Positions 51,656-59,143 of a DNA stretch of 64,000 nt are shown here, in pieces. Under the pieces are notes generated by a model, which worked only from the letters and a program-made list of their open reading frames with translations, was not told where the DNA came from and searched no databases. Both the position numbers and the translations under genes were made by a program. The stretch is from an uncultured Spartobacteria bacterium (lineage in GTDB: Bacteria > Verrucomicrobiota > Verrucomicrobiia > Chthoniobacterales > JAATET01), in NCBI GenBank assembly GCA_938011325.1, contig CALLUD010000013.1:7461-71460 (forward strand), given 5' to 3'. Each line of letters opens with the position of its first letter. The first letter of the stretch is position 1.

Positions 51656-52588
51656 ATGAACAAACCAAGTCTCCCCGCAGTGAGCGCCTTGTTTGGCGCC
51701 ATCTTCCTTGCAACCGCCACCGCCGCCTCGGTCAACGTGCAATTTGGCTCCGACGTTTACATTGGCTGGGGGGCGATCCCCAACGGTGGCATCTATTGGA
51801 ATTTTTATGATGAGCCGTCCAATTCACCGACGCGGCACCTGAAAGACGGCTCTGGAGAGGAAACCCCGGCAGCCATTCACGCCATCTACCAAGGAAAGTT
51901 TAAGGGAGGCCCGCCGCCCACCACCAAAGACGGCAAAGGCCGGAATCCGGGACACCTTCTCGGTAGTGGACTCTACGGTCCAGTCGACCTCCACATCCTT
52001 GGGCTGGACCCCAGCAAGTCTTATGACGTTTACGTCTATGTTTTCAACAGCGATAACAACCCCACCACGGTGACACTCACCGATGCGAAAGGCTCGTCTT
52101 CCCGGAACCCCTCACCGGTCAATCAGGAAGATGATTTTCGGCTGAATGAGAACTACGTGGTATTTTCAAACACCACGCCCTCAAATACCGTTCTCCGACC
52201 ACACTCCGGCAGTTTGCAGATCAAAGTGGAAGGCGCCGAGACGGGATTGAATGGGCTTCAGTTGGTCGAAAAAGCACAATCCGAACCCAACCCGTCACCC
52301 TCGCAGGAACCGAATCCGCCCACTGTCAAAATTCGCCCAAACAGCGGAAAGATCGTCACCCGGAAATCGCGAGTCACTTTGCATGGCACCGCCAGATCCG
52401 ACGTTGGTCTGCGTGCCGTGCGCACATCCCTCAACCGCAATACCTGGCGGAAAGCTCGCGGAACGACTCACTGGACAGCCGTCATCTCCGCGAAAGAGCG
52501 CACCCGCGTCTTTGTCCGCGCCGAGGATGTGAACGGCACCTTTTCCTCCGTGGAATCGGTCGTCATTGTCCCGAAACGGAATCGCTGA
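51656..52588 (+). CDS. Secreted hypothetical protein with a C-terminal Ig-like domain homologous to that of the 47958..49061 product
   Basis: 310 aa with signal peptide MNKPSLPAVSALFGAIFLATATAAS. The C-terminal segment RVTLHGTARSD...WRKARGTTHWTAVI...VFVRAEDVNGTFSS aligns with KVKIKGTASTN...FKKAKGTKRWRANV...IQVRATVGTTSS. Confidence 0.65.
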   Translation: MNKPSLPAVSALFGAIFLATATAASVNVQFGSDVYIGWGAIPNGGIYWNFYDEPSNSPTRHLKDGSGEETPAAIHAIYQGKFKGGPPPTTKDGKGRNPGHLLGSGLYGPVDLHILGLDPSKSYDVYVYVFNSDNNPTTVTLTDAKGSSSRNPSPVNQEDDFRLNENYVVFSNTTPSNTVLRPHSGSLQIKVEGAETGLNGLQLVEKAQSEPNPSPSQEPNPPTVKIRPNSGKIVTRKSRVTLHGTARSDVGLRAVRTSLNRNTWRKARGTTHWTAVISAKERTRVFVRAEDVNGTFSSVESVVIVPKRNR

Positions 52589-52600
52589 GTCTTCAATCAG

Positions 52601-52638
52601 GGACACACGCGTGCTCCAAGCTCGCGGTGTCCATTTCC
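52601..52638 (+). terminator. Possible intrinsic terminator after the 51656..52588 gene
   Basis: GGACAC(A)CGCG, an 11-nt loop, then CGCGGTGTCC (10 bp with one bulge), followed by ATTTCC. The T-run is short. Confidence 0.35.
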
Positions 52639-52654
52639 GTCTAGAGACCGCGGC

Positions 52655-52846
52655 TCACACGCCCGCGTAGTAGTCCAGCTGATCGAGGTCGCTGAGGAGA
52701 TCCGGCCCTGTCGACGTCCAGCCGGGAAGGCGGTGTGTTCGCTCGATGCGCGCATGCCGGCCTCTGCAAAATGCGCGAACCATCCCAAGTGCTCGCGAGG
52801 CCTGTCACCTCTTGCCCCGCGTCGAGCAACTCCTCAACGACCGCCG
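52655..52846 (-). pseudogene. Possible 5'-truncated, frameshifted remnant of an NAD(P)-binding epimerase/NmrA-like gene
   Basis: One minus-strand frame reads SAVVEELLDAGQEVTGLAS, which resembles the conserved helix after the GxxGxxG loop of such proteins. A second frame ends ...PDLLSDLDQLDYYAGV-stop. No intact ORF or N-terminal Rossmann loop is present. Confidence 0.3.
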
Positions 52847-52850
52847 AGCT

Positions 52851-53627
52851 TTATTCCGCCAGCAGCTTCACGGTATTGACGCGCTCGAACATCTCCTGCG
52901 GATTGTCCCGCATCGCCTTCGCCGGGCCGACGCAAATTTCGTCGAGACCGGCAGCCAGTCCCGCCCAGGCCTCCGCGACGAATTCCGAAACGGGAATGCC
53001 GATCTCGCGTCCGCGCGGCCCGATGTAGTCGTGCAGCTCCGTCGCCACCGCGGGCGGCGCGATCTCGATCACCCGCACGTTCGTCTCCCGCAGTTGATGT
53101 CGCAGCGAGAGCGTGAAGGAATGGAGCGCCGCCTTCGTCGCGCAATACACCGGCACCTGCGCGAGCGGCACGAACGCGAGTCCGCTCGAGATGTTGATGA
53201 TCGTCGCGCGCGGCTGCTGGAGCAGGTGCGGAAGAAACGCCGCCGTGGCGCTGAAGAGCGCGCGCAGGTTCGTGTCGAGTTCCAGATCGCAGAAATCCAG
53301 CGGCGTCGGCTGCGTCAGGTCAAACACGCGCTGCACGCCGGCATTGTTGATGAGGCAGTCGACCGGGCCAAACTTTGCCGGAATCCCCTCCGCGGCGCGG
53401 GCGAGCGCGGCGCGGTCGGTGATGTCGAGCGGATACGCCTGGATGCCCGGCGTCCCGCGGGAGACCTCCTCCAGCGCCGCCACGCGCCGGCCGGTGATGG
53501 TCACGCGGGCGCCGTGCCTGGCCAGGGTTTCAGCCAGCGCGCGGCCAATGCCGGAGCCGCCGCCGGTGATCACTGCGTGCTGTGTGGAAAACTTCGAGTC
53601 GTCGTGAACTTGATTTTCGGTGCTCAT
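52851..53627 (-). CDS. Short-chain dehydrogenase/reductase (SDR) family oxidoreductase
   Basis: The last 258 codons of track ORF 52851..54662, from MSTENQVHDD (complement of 53625-53627). Contains ITGGGSGIGRA, NNAG and YCATKAA. Confidence 0.88.
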   Translation of the reverse strand: MSTENQVHDDSKFSTQHAVITGGGSGIGRALAETLARHGARVTITGRRVAALEEVSRGTPGIQAYPLDITDRAALARAAEGIPAKFGPVDCLINNAGVQRVFDLTQPTPLDFCDLELDTNLRALFSATAAFLPHLLQQPRATIINISSGLAFVPLAQVPVYCATKAALHSFTLSLRHQLRETNVRVIEIAPPAVATELHDYIGPRGREIGIPVSEFVAEAWAGLAAGLDEICVGPAKAMRDNPQEMFERVNTVKLLAE

Positions 53628-53690
53628 GGTTGTCAGTGAACGATCGCTCGTTCTTTTCCTGACGCATGCACCCGCTTCGCCAAATCCGCA

Positions 53691-54692
53691 ATGTCCGCTC
53701 CTCCGGAAGGATTGCCTGATTCTCCGGCACCCTGTTTTCGACCGATGCCAAACGCCCTCACCGTCCCGGTTCCCCGACAACGTCGCGTGCCGCCCGCCGT
53801 CCGGCCATCGGGCACGAATGCGCGGATGGTCCAGCTCCTTTCCGAGCTCGCGCGCGGTGAAGGCTTCCTGCCGTCGCGCCTGCCCGGAGTGCGGTTCATG
53901 CGGACCGTGCGGCACATTCCCCGCGCGCCGATTGTCTACGAGCCAAGCATCGTGATCATTGCCCAGGGACGAAAGATCGGCCACCTCGCCGGGCGCCGCT
54001 TCGTCTACGATCGCGACCACTTTCTCGTCCTTTCCATCCCCCTGCCGTTTGAATGCGAAACCTTCGGCACCCCTGACGAACCGGTCCTCGGCGTGAAGAT
54101 CGGCGTCACTCCCGCGCTCGTCACCGAGTTGCTTCTCGAAATGAACGCGACGCCGCCCGACAACGGCGCGGAAACCCTCCGCACCGCGCGCCTCGACGCG
54201 CCCATCGCCGACGCCACCGTGCGTCTCCTCGAGAGCCTGCGTTCCGACGCCGACGCACGCATTCTCGGCTCGCAGATCATCCGCGAGATCACCTACCGCG
54301 TGCTGCTCAGCGAAGCCGGCGAAATGCTGCACCCGCTCGCCGCGCCCGACAGCACGGCCGGCCGGATCCACCGCGTGCTGCATCGCATCCACACCGATTT
54401 CGCCCGCCCCCTCGACGTGCCCACCCTCGCCCGCGAAGCCGGGATGAGCGTTTCGACGTTTCACGAGCGGTTCAAGGCGGCCACCTCGTCCCCGCCCCAC
54501 CAATACCTCAAATCGATCCGCCTGCACCGCGCGCGCACGCTCATGGTCAACAACGGCATCAGTGCCGCCGAAGCCGCCGCCCGGGTCGGCTACGAGAGCG
54601 CGTCGCAATTCAGCCGCGAATTCAAACGCTTCTTCGGCACCACCCCCGCCGCCGCCGCCCAATCCCTCCGCCAGACCCTCACGCGGTTGTAA
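53691..54692 (+). CDS. AraC-family transcriptional regulator (AraC N-terminal sensing domain plus HTH)
   Basis: 333 aa, divergent from the SDR gene. C-terminal HTH: LAREAGMSVSTFHERFK...VGYESASQFSREFKRFFG. An alternative start MPNALT lies at 53745. Confidence 0.85.
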   Translation: MSAPPEGLPDSPAPCFRPMPNALTVPVPRQRRVPPAVRPSGTNARMVQLLSELARGEGFLPSRLPGVRFMRTVRHIPRAPIVYEPSIVIIAQGRKIGHLAGRRFVYDRDHFLVLSIPLPFECETFGTPDEPVLGVKIGVTPALVTELLLEMNATPPDNGAETLRTARLDAPIADATVRLLESLRSDADARILGSQIIREITYRVLLSEAGEMLHPLAAPDSTAGRIHRVLHRIHTDFARPLDVPTLAREAGMSVSTFHERFKAATSSPPHQYLKSIRLHRARTLMVNNGISAAEAAARVGYESASQFSREFKRFFGTTPAAAAQSLRQTLTRL

Positions 54693-54829
54693 CTCACGTC
54701 ACGGACGCGGAAGGGCGCGGAAGGTGCGCGCTGCAGGTTTATCGCCCTCGACGCCCGTCACCCGCCCTGGTCGCCTTTCGATTGAACGCGATTACCTCGC
54801 GCTGCATGGTCTGCTCCGGGAGGCAAACA

Positions 54830-55597
54830 ATGAAGGTTCATTCACAGGTGCCGGGTTCACCCCTGCGCGGAGTCGTCAGTCGATTTCTCGTGGTCGAATC
54901 GCCCGAGGAACGAAGTGACATGCATTTGCCCGAGACAGGATTCATCGCCGCCTTTCGTCTGAGCGGAGAATGCCAGGTTGGCGATCGGCGATTTGCCTCG
55001 CCGGCGATTCTGACCGGCTTGACCGATCATCTGCGTCGCCACCAACACGGTCGCAACAACACGACACTGGTCGTTCATTTCACGCCGCTGGGGGCGTCGG
55101 CATTCACGCACGAAGCACTCGACGGATTGTGGAATGCCAGCGTGGATCTCGGCAACGTGATCGGCAGCGCCGCCGAGGTCAGCGAAGTCGTCGAGCGTCT
55201 CTTAGAGGCGCCTGATCCCACGCAGCGCATCGAAATTGTCGAGCGCTTCTTGCTCGCCCGGCTCGACAGGCACAAGCCTGATCCTTTGGTGAGCGCCGCG
55301 ATCGATTGGATGGCCGAGCATGTGCCGGCCCCCGCGCGCGTTAGGGACTTGGTGCGCCACATCGGATTGAGCCAAAGCGCGCTCGAACGCCGCTTCCGCC
55401 GGGTGGTGGGCGCCGCGCCGAAGCGTTTTCTCTCCCTGCTCCGCCTCAAGCGGGCTGCGCAACTCCTTCAAAGCGGGACGTCGCTGACGACAGCTGCGCA
55501 CGCCGCCGGCTACTGCGACCAGGCACATTTCAATCATGAGTTCCGACGCATGGCCGGTCTCACGCCGGGCGAGTATTTTACCCAGGCACGAGCCTGA
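54830..55597 (+). CDS. AraC-family transcriptional regulator
   Basis: Preferred start MKVHSQVPG at 54830; the track start is 54782. C-terminal HTH: VRHIGLSQSALERRFRR...AGYCDQAHFNHEFRRMAGLTPGEY. Confidence 0.82.
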   Translation: MKVHSQVPGSPLRGVVSRFLVVESPEERSDMHLPETGFIAAFRLSGECQVGDRRFASPAILTGLTDHLRRHQHGRNNTTLVVHFTPLGASAFTHEALDGLWNASVDLGNVIGSAAEVSEVVERLLEAPDPTQRIEIVERFLLARLDRHKPDPLVSAAIDWMAEHVPAPARVRDLVRHIGLSQSALERRFRRVVGAAPKRFLSLLRLKRAAQLLQSGTSLTTAAHAAGYCDQAHFNHEFRRMAGLTPGEYFTQARA

Positions 55598-55656
55598 GCG
55601 CATCGAACGCCGAATTCTTACAATTCGCCGGCCTCGCCCTTTGCTAGACGTGGGGC

Positions 55657-56100
55657 ATGCACCAGTTTCCATCATCGCTGTTTTTCTTCGCGCTCGGGCT
55701 CACCGCCTTGTCTGCGCACGCAGACAGCGGAACCGGAGCAGGATCGCCGGAACGCAACTCCTACGTGATCATTTTCCGCCAAGGGCCCATCACGCTGACG
55801 GAAGAAGAAAAGGCACTTCGCCAGCAGGCCATCGTCGGGTGGGCCGTGAAGCATCACTATGCCGGGCACGCGCTGGATCCACGCGGACTCGAAGATGATG
55901 TCCGGCGTCCGGGCGTGGTCGCCCCTGCCGAGGCCAATGGGACGTGGCCAATTGTTGCGTTGGTCTTTCTCGAGGCGCGCAACATCGACGAAGCTGCCGC
56001 CATCGCAGCCGACCACCCCGCCAGGCACTACAATGTCAGCACGGAAGTCCGCCCTTATGTGGTCCGCAAAGTGCCGCCGGCCCCTGAAGCGGAAAAGTGA
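55657..56100 (+). CDS. YCII-related domain protein with signal peptide
   Basis: 147 aa with signal peptide MHQFPSSLFFFALGLTALSAHA. The segment VFLEARNIDEAAAIAADHPARHYNVSTEVRPY fits the C-terminal YCII pattern. Confidence 0.6.
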   Translation: MHQFPSSLFFFALGLTALSAHADSGTGAGSPERNSYVIIFRQGPITLTEEEKALRQQAIVGWAVKHHYAGHALDPRGLEDDVRRPGVVAPAEANGTWPIVALVFLEARNIDEAAAIAADHPARHYNVSTEVRPYVVRKVPPAPEAEK

Positions 56101-56567
56101 ACTGCCGTCGAGGCTCACAAGTTGAGCCGAACAAGGAACGTCGAGGGCGGCAACCTGCATCCCGCATATCCCGACCTCTGCCGCATGTCCTTTGGCTCAT
56201 GTGCCCATTGCGCCTCTTTGCGGCGATTCCTCGTCACGTTCCGCGCGTGAGCATCACTCGACCTTCAAGCCTGTGATATTCCGCCCGAACTCTCCCCGAT
56301 CCTGCAAACGGCTTCCCCAATCGGCGGCGCTATTTCCGCTGCGTCGATGACCTCACCCGCCCTGCGGCAATTCGGCGCCGGATGGCGAACCCGAGGAATG
56401 CGAGAACCCCAAGGCAACCACGGAAGGCTCCGGCACCAGTTCACACTCACTGGCCCCGGCCTGATCTCCGTCCTCTCCACCCTTGGCAGCAACCTGCAAC
56501 TCGCAACAGCACACCCCAAACCTCGTGCCTTCTGCCCTCGACTCTCGTCCTCGTCCGCGTTTCGATT

Positions 56568-57407
56568 CTAAAACTCGCGCCAGATGGCCACTTTGAATCC
56601 TCCTCCGCCACCGGTCGCCCGGCCCGCCACGGAAAAATACGGTCCGGCCTGAATCGTCCAGTGCCGCGCCGGGTGCACGAGCAGAGAGCCGCCAATCTTG
56701 ATGAGGTCGAAATCAGTGGTGAGCAGGATGTTGTTGCCGACGTATTGAGGCTGGTCATTGCCCAGGCCGTGAATGCCACTTGCCTCGAGGTAGTAAATTT
56801 CCAGCCAATCGGTGAGGTGCAACCCCGCGGTGACATACCAGCGCAGCTCGTCGGCGGGCGCACCCGTGCGCAGGCGAAAGCCGGCTCCCGCGTCCACAAA
56901 GCCCCAACGCTCGAACACCTTGTAACTCGAACCAATATAGTAGGCGAGTTCCACGTCCGTCTGCCCGTTGCCCAGCGCCGGCTGCACGTTCACATAATAG
57001 GGTCCGGGAATTTTCACCGTGAGCTGGAGCGACTGCGGAATTCGTTCGAAAAGCTGATAGCGCAATCCGACCTCCTGGTCGGCGGGGCCAAAGTTGTTCT
57101 GACGTCCAAAGCGATTCTCGAACGTCAACGCGTCGAGGAAGAAGTTCCCGATCAAGGTGAGCCGCTTGAAGAGGCCGTATTCGACATAGAGGTTCAGCTC
57201 GTTCTTGATGAACCGCCCCTCGTAGCCAAACGGCTCGAGATGCCAGCCGTCTCCGAATTGAGTGTCCGTGCCGTAGAAGTAATACGTCAGAATCGAGAGA
57301 CCGCGCCCCTCGGGTTGTGCCCAGGCTCCTGCGTGCAGGTTTCCCGGTAGAAGAAGAAGAACGAGCCCTGTCGCGAGGGTGGATAATTTCCGGCAAATAG
57401 GCGGCAC
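56568..57407 (-). CDS. Predicted outer-membrane beta-barrel protein, divergent from the synthase operon
   Basis: Alternating-pattern strands (LSILTYYFYG, LNLYVEYGL, VELAYYIGSSYKV, ...) and a C-terminus GFKVAIWREF ending in Phe. A GTG start (complement of 57405-57407) gives signal peptide (M)PPICRKLSTLATGLVLLLLPGNLHA. The track ATG at 57479 adds 24 non-signal residues. Confidence 0.65.
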   Translation of the reverse strand: MPPICRKLSTLATGLVLLLLPGNLHAGAWAQPEGRGLSILTYYFYGTDTQFGDGWHLEPFGYEGRFIKNELNLYVEYGLFKRLTLIGNFFLDALTFENRFGRQNNFGPADQEVGLRYQLFERIPQSLQLTVKIPGPYYVNVQPALGNGQTDVELAYYIGSSYKVFERWGFVDAGAGFRLRTGAPADELRWYVTAGLHLTDWLEIYYLEASGIHGLGNDQPQYVGNNILLTTDFDLIKIGGSLLVHPARHWTIQAGPYFSVAGRATGGGGGFKVAIWREF

Positions 57408-58662
57408 GGCGCGGATTCTTAGCTTGCCTGACCGGAGTCGCAAGGCACTATCTGCACGGATTTGCTCAACAGAAGCCAACGAATTGGAAGCATCCCCGAA
57501 TCGTCAAGCCATCGTCCACTATCTCCAGACGAATCGTTTCTGTGAAGGACTGCCGTTTCCGATCCTCGAGGCTCTGGCCAGCTCGATCACCGTCCTGGAA
57601 ATGGAAAAGGATGCCGTTCTTTTCGAGGACGAGGACCTCACGCACTCCGTCCATCTCGTCGCCTCGGGGGAAATCGGGTTTCTGATTCGCATGACCCCCA
57701 GCTCGGGCTTCACGGAAATCGCCCGCGTCGGGAAGAACGAATTTTTTGGCGAAGGCGCGGCCATCGACGACCTCGCCGCCCAGGAACAGAGTCCCGGCGC
57801 AAACGGCTTCATCCGCCGCTCGGCGCGCAGCGCGCGCATCATCTGCCGGGAAAAGGCGCTCCTTCTCCGGCTGCCGGCCACGGAGTTTGAGCGCCTGCTC
57901 CGCGAGCACCCCCTGCTGCTCTGCCGGAATCTTCTGCGTTCGTCGTCCGACAAGCTCCGCATGGGCGTGCAGCGCACGTTCGACGAAGCCCTCGCCCGGG
58001 AAAGCCGGCACCTGCTGGCCCACATCAGCCACTGGCTCGCGCGCCGCATGGAGAATCCGGTGTCCACCCTCCGCCTCCAATCGGGCCTCCTCGCGGAACA
58101 GGACGCCGCCCGATCGGCAGCCCCCATCGCCGCCGCAACCGACGACCTCGCGGCCACCCTCCATTCCGTGGCGCGCCTGGCCGGCACCGCCCGGCAACGC
58201 CTCACGTGGGAAACCTTCGCCGTGCGCGACTGGTGGAACGAGACCGAATCCGGGGTCCTCGACCAACTCGAGCCGCGCGGGATCGCTCTCGACAGCTACC
58301 TCGAGGACTTCACCGTGGAATCGAGCCGTCCCCTGCTGCGCGACGCCATGCTCGACCTGCTCGCGGGTGTCGCCCGGCTCAACCCCGGGGAGGGTCGGAT
58401 CGGCCTCCGGGCCGGCCGCCACCACGGGCATGCCGAGATTCACGTCCACGCCATCCTGCCCGGTTTCAATGACGTCGTGGCCCGACGGCTGTTTGAGCCC
58501 TTCTCCGGCGACGGGATCGACCACGAAGCCGCCGTCCGCTTCGCGCTTGCCCGTCAGACCGCCCGGCGCCTGGGCGGCGACACCACGGTGAAGCGTCGCG
58601 ATGGCGAACGCGTCACCTTCGCCCTTACCCTGCCCACCCGTCGCCCTGATGCATCTGTTTGA
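57379..58662 (+). CDS. Cyclic-nucleotide-binding domain protein fused to a histidine-kinase-like module with a degenerate ATP-binding domain
   Basis: 427 aa. CAP_ED-like LEMEKDAVLFEDEDLTHSVHLVASGE...FFGEGA...RSARIIC. DHp-like LLAHISHWLARRMENPVSTL. The C-terminal HATPase-like fold ends ...GERVTFALTLP, but I could not find the canonical N, G1 or G2 boxes. The start is uncertain (ATG 57379 or TTG 57424). Confidence 0.7.
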   Translation: MDNFRQIGGTARILSLPDRSRKALSARICSTEANELEASPNRQAIVHYLQTNRFCEGLPFPILEALASSITVLEMEKDAVLFEDEDLTHSVHLVASGEIGFLIRMTPSSGFTEIARVGKNEFFGEGAAIDDLAAQEQSPGANGFIRRSARSARIICREKALLLRLPATEFERLLREHPLLLCRNLLRSSSDKLRMGVQRTFDEALARESRHLLAHISHWLARRMENPVSTLRLQSGLLAEQDAARSAAPIAAATDDLAATLHSVARLAGTARQRLTWETFAVRDWWNETESGVLDQLEPRGIALDSYLEDFTVESSRPLLRDAMLDLLAGVARLNPGEGRIGLRAGRHHGHAEIHVHAILPGFNDVVARRLFEPFSGDGIDHEAAVRFALARQTARRLGGDTTVKRRDGERVTFALTLPTRRPDASV

Positions 58663-59143
58663 TCACGGCCACCGCCATCCGCTCCTGATCGTCTGCAGCG
58701 ATGAAGCTCTGGCAAAATCCATGGCCCGGGCGGCGCCGGAGGACGTGTTCGAGATCACGATCGTTCCCACCCGCGGGGCCGCCCTGGACGCCCCGTCTCT
58801 CGGTGATTACCGCAGCTTCATTGTCGATTCGGTCCTGCCCGACGCGACCGGGGCGGACTTCGTTCACGAGCTTCGCGGGAAAAGGATCCAGGCACCGGTG
58901 CTGTTGTTGCGCTCGCTCGACTCCCCCGCCGGGCCCCGCGAGGCGGACGCCACTCTCACGAAACCGCTTTCGCTGCCGGAATACCGCCGCACCGTCGCGG
59001 AGCTGTTCCTCGACGGCGAGCCATTACGGGAACTCGGCCGCCGCCCGCAGCGGCGCCTGGCCCTTCACCCCGCGGCGGTCGTCGTTCCCCTCCTCCTCGG
59101 CGCCGGCATCGTTCTCACCTGGTGGCTCCTTCAAATCCCGTGA
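58649..59143 (+). CDS. Receiver (REC)-like domain protein with a C-terminal transmembrane anchor
   Basis: Preferred start MHLFDHGHRHPLLIVCSDE at 58649, overlapping the upstream gene by 14 nt. Contains FIVDSVLPDATG (phospho-Asp position), LLLRS and TKPL. C-terminal TM: LALHPAAVVVPLLLGAGIVLTWWLL. Confidence 0.65.
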   Translation: MHLFDHGHRHPLLIVCSDEALAKSMARAAPEDVFEITIVPTRGAALDAPSLGDYRSFIVDSVLPDATGADFVHELRGKRIQAPVLLLRSLDSPAGPREADATLTKPLSLPEYRRTVAELFLDGEPLRELGRRPQRRLALHPAAVVVPLLLGAGIVLTWWLLQIP

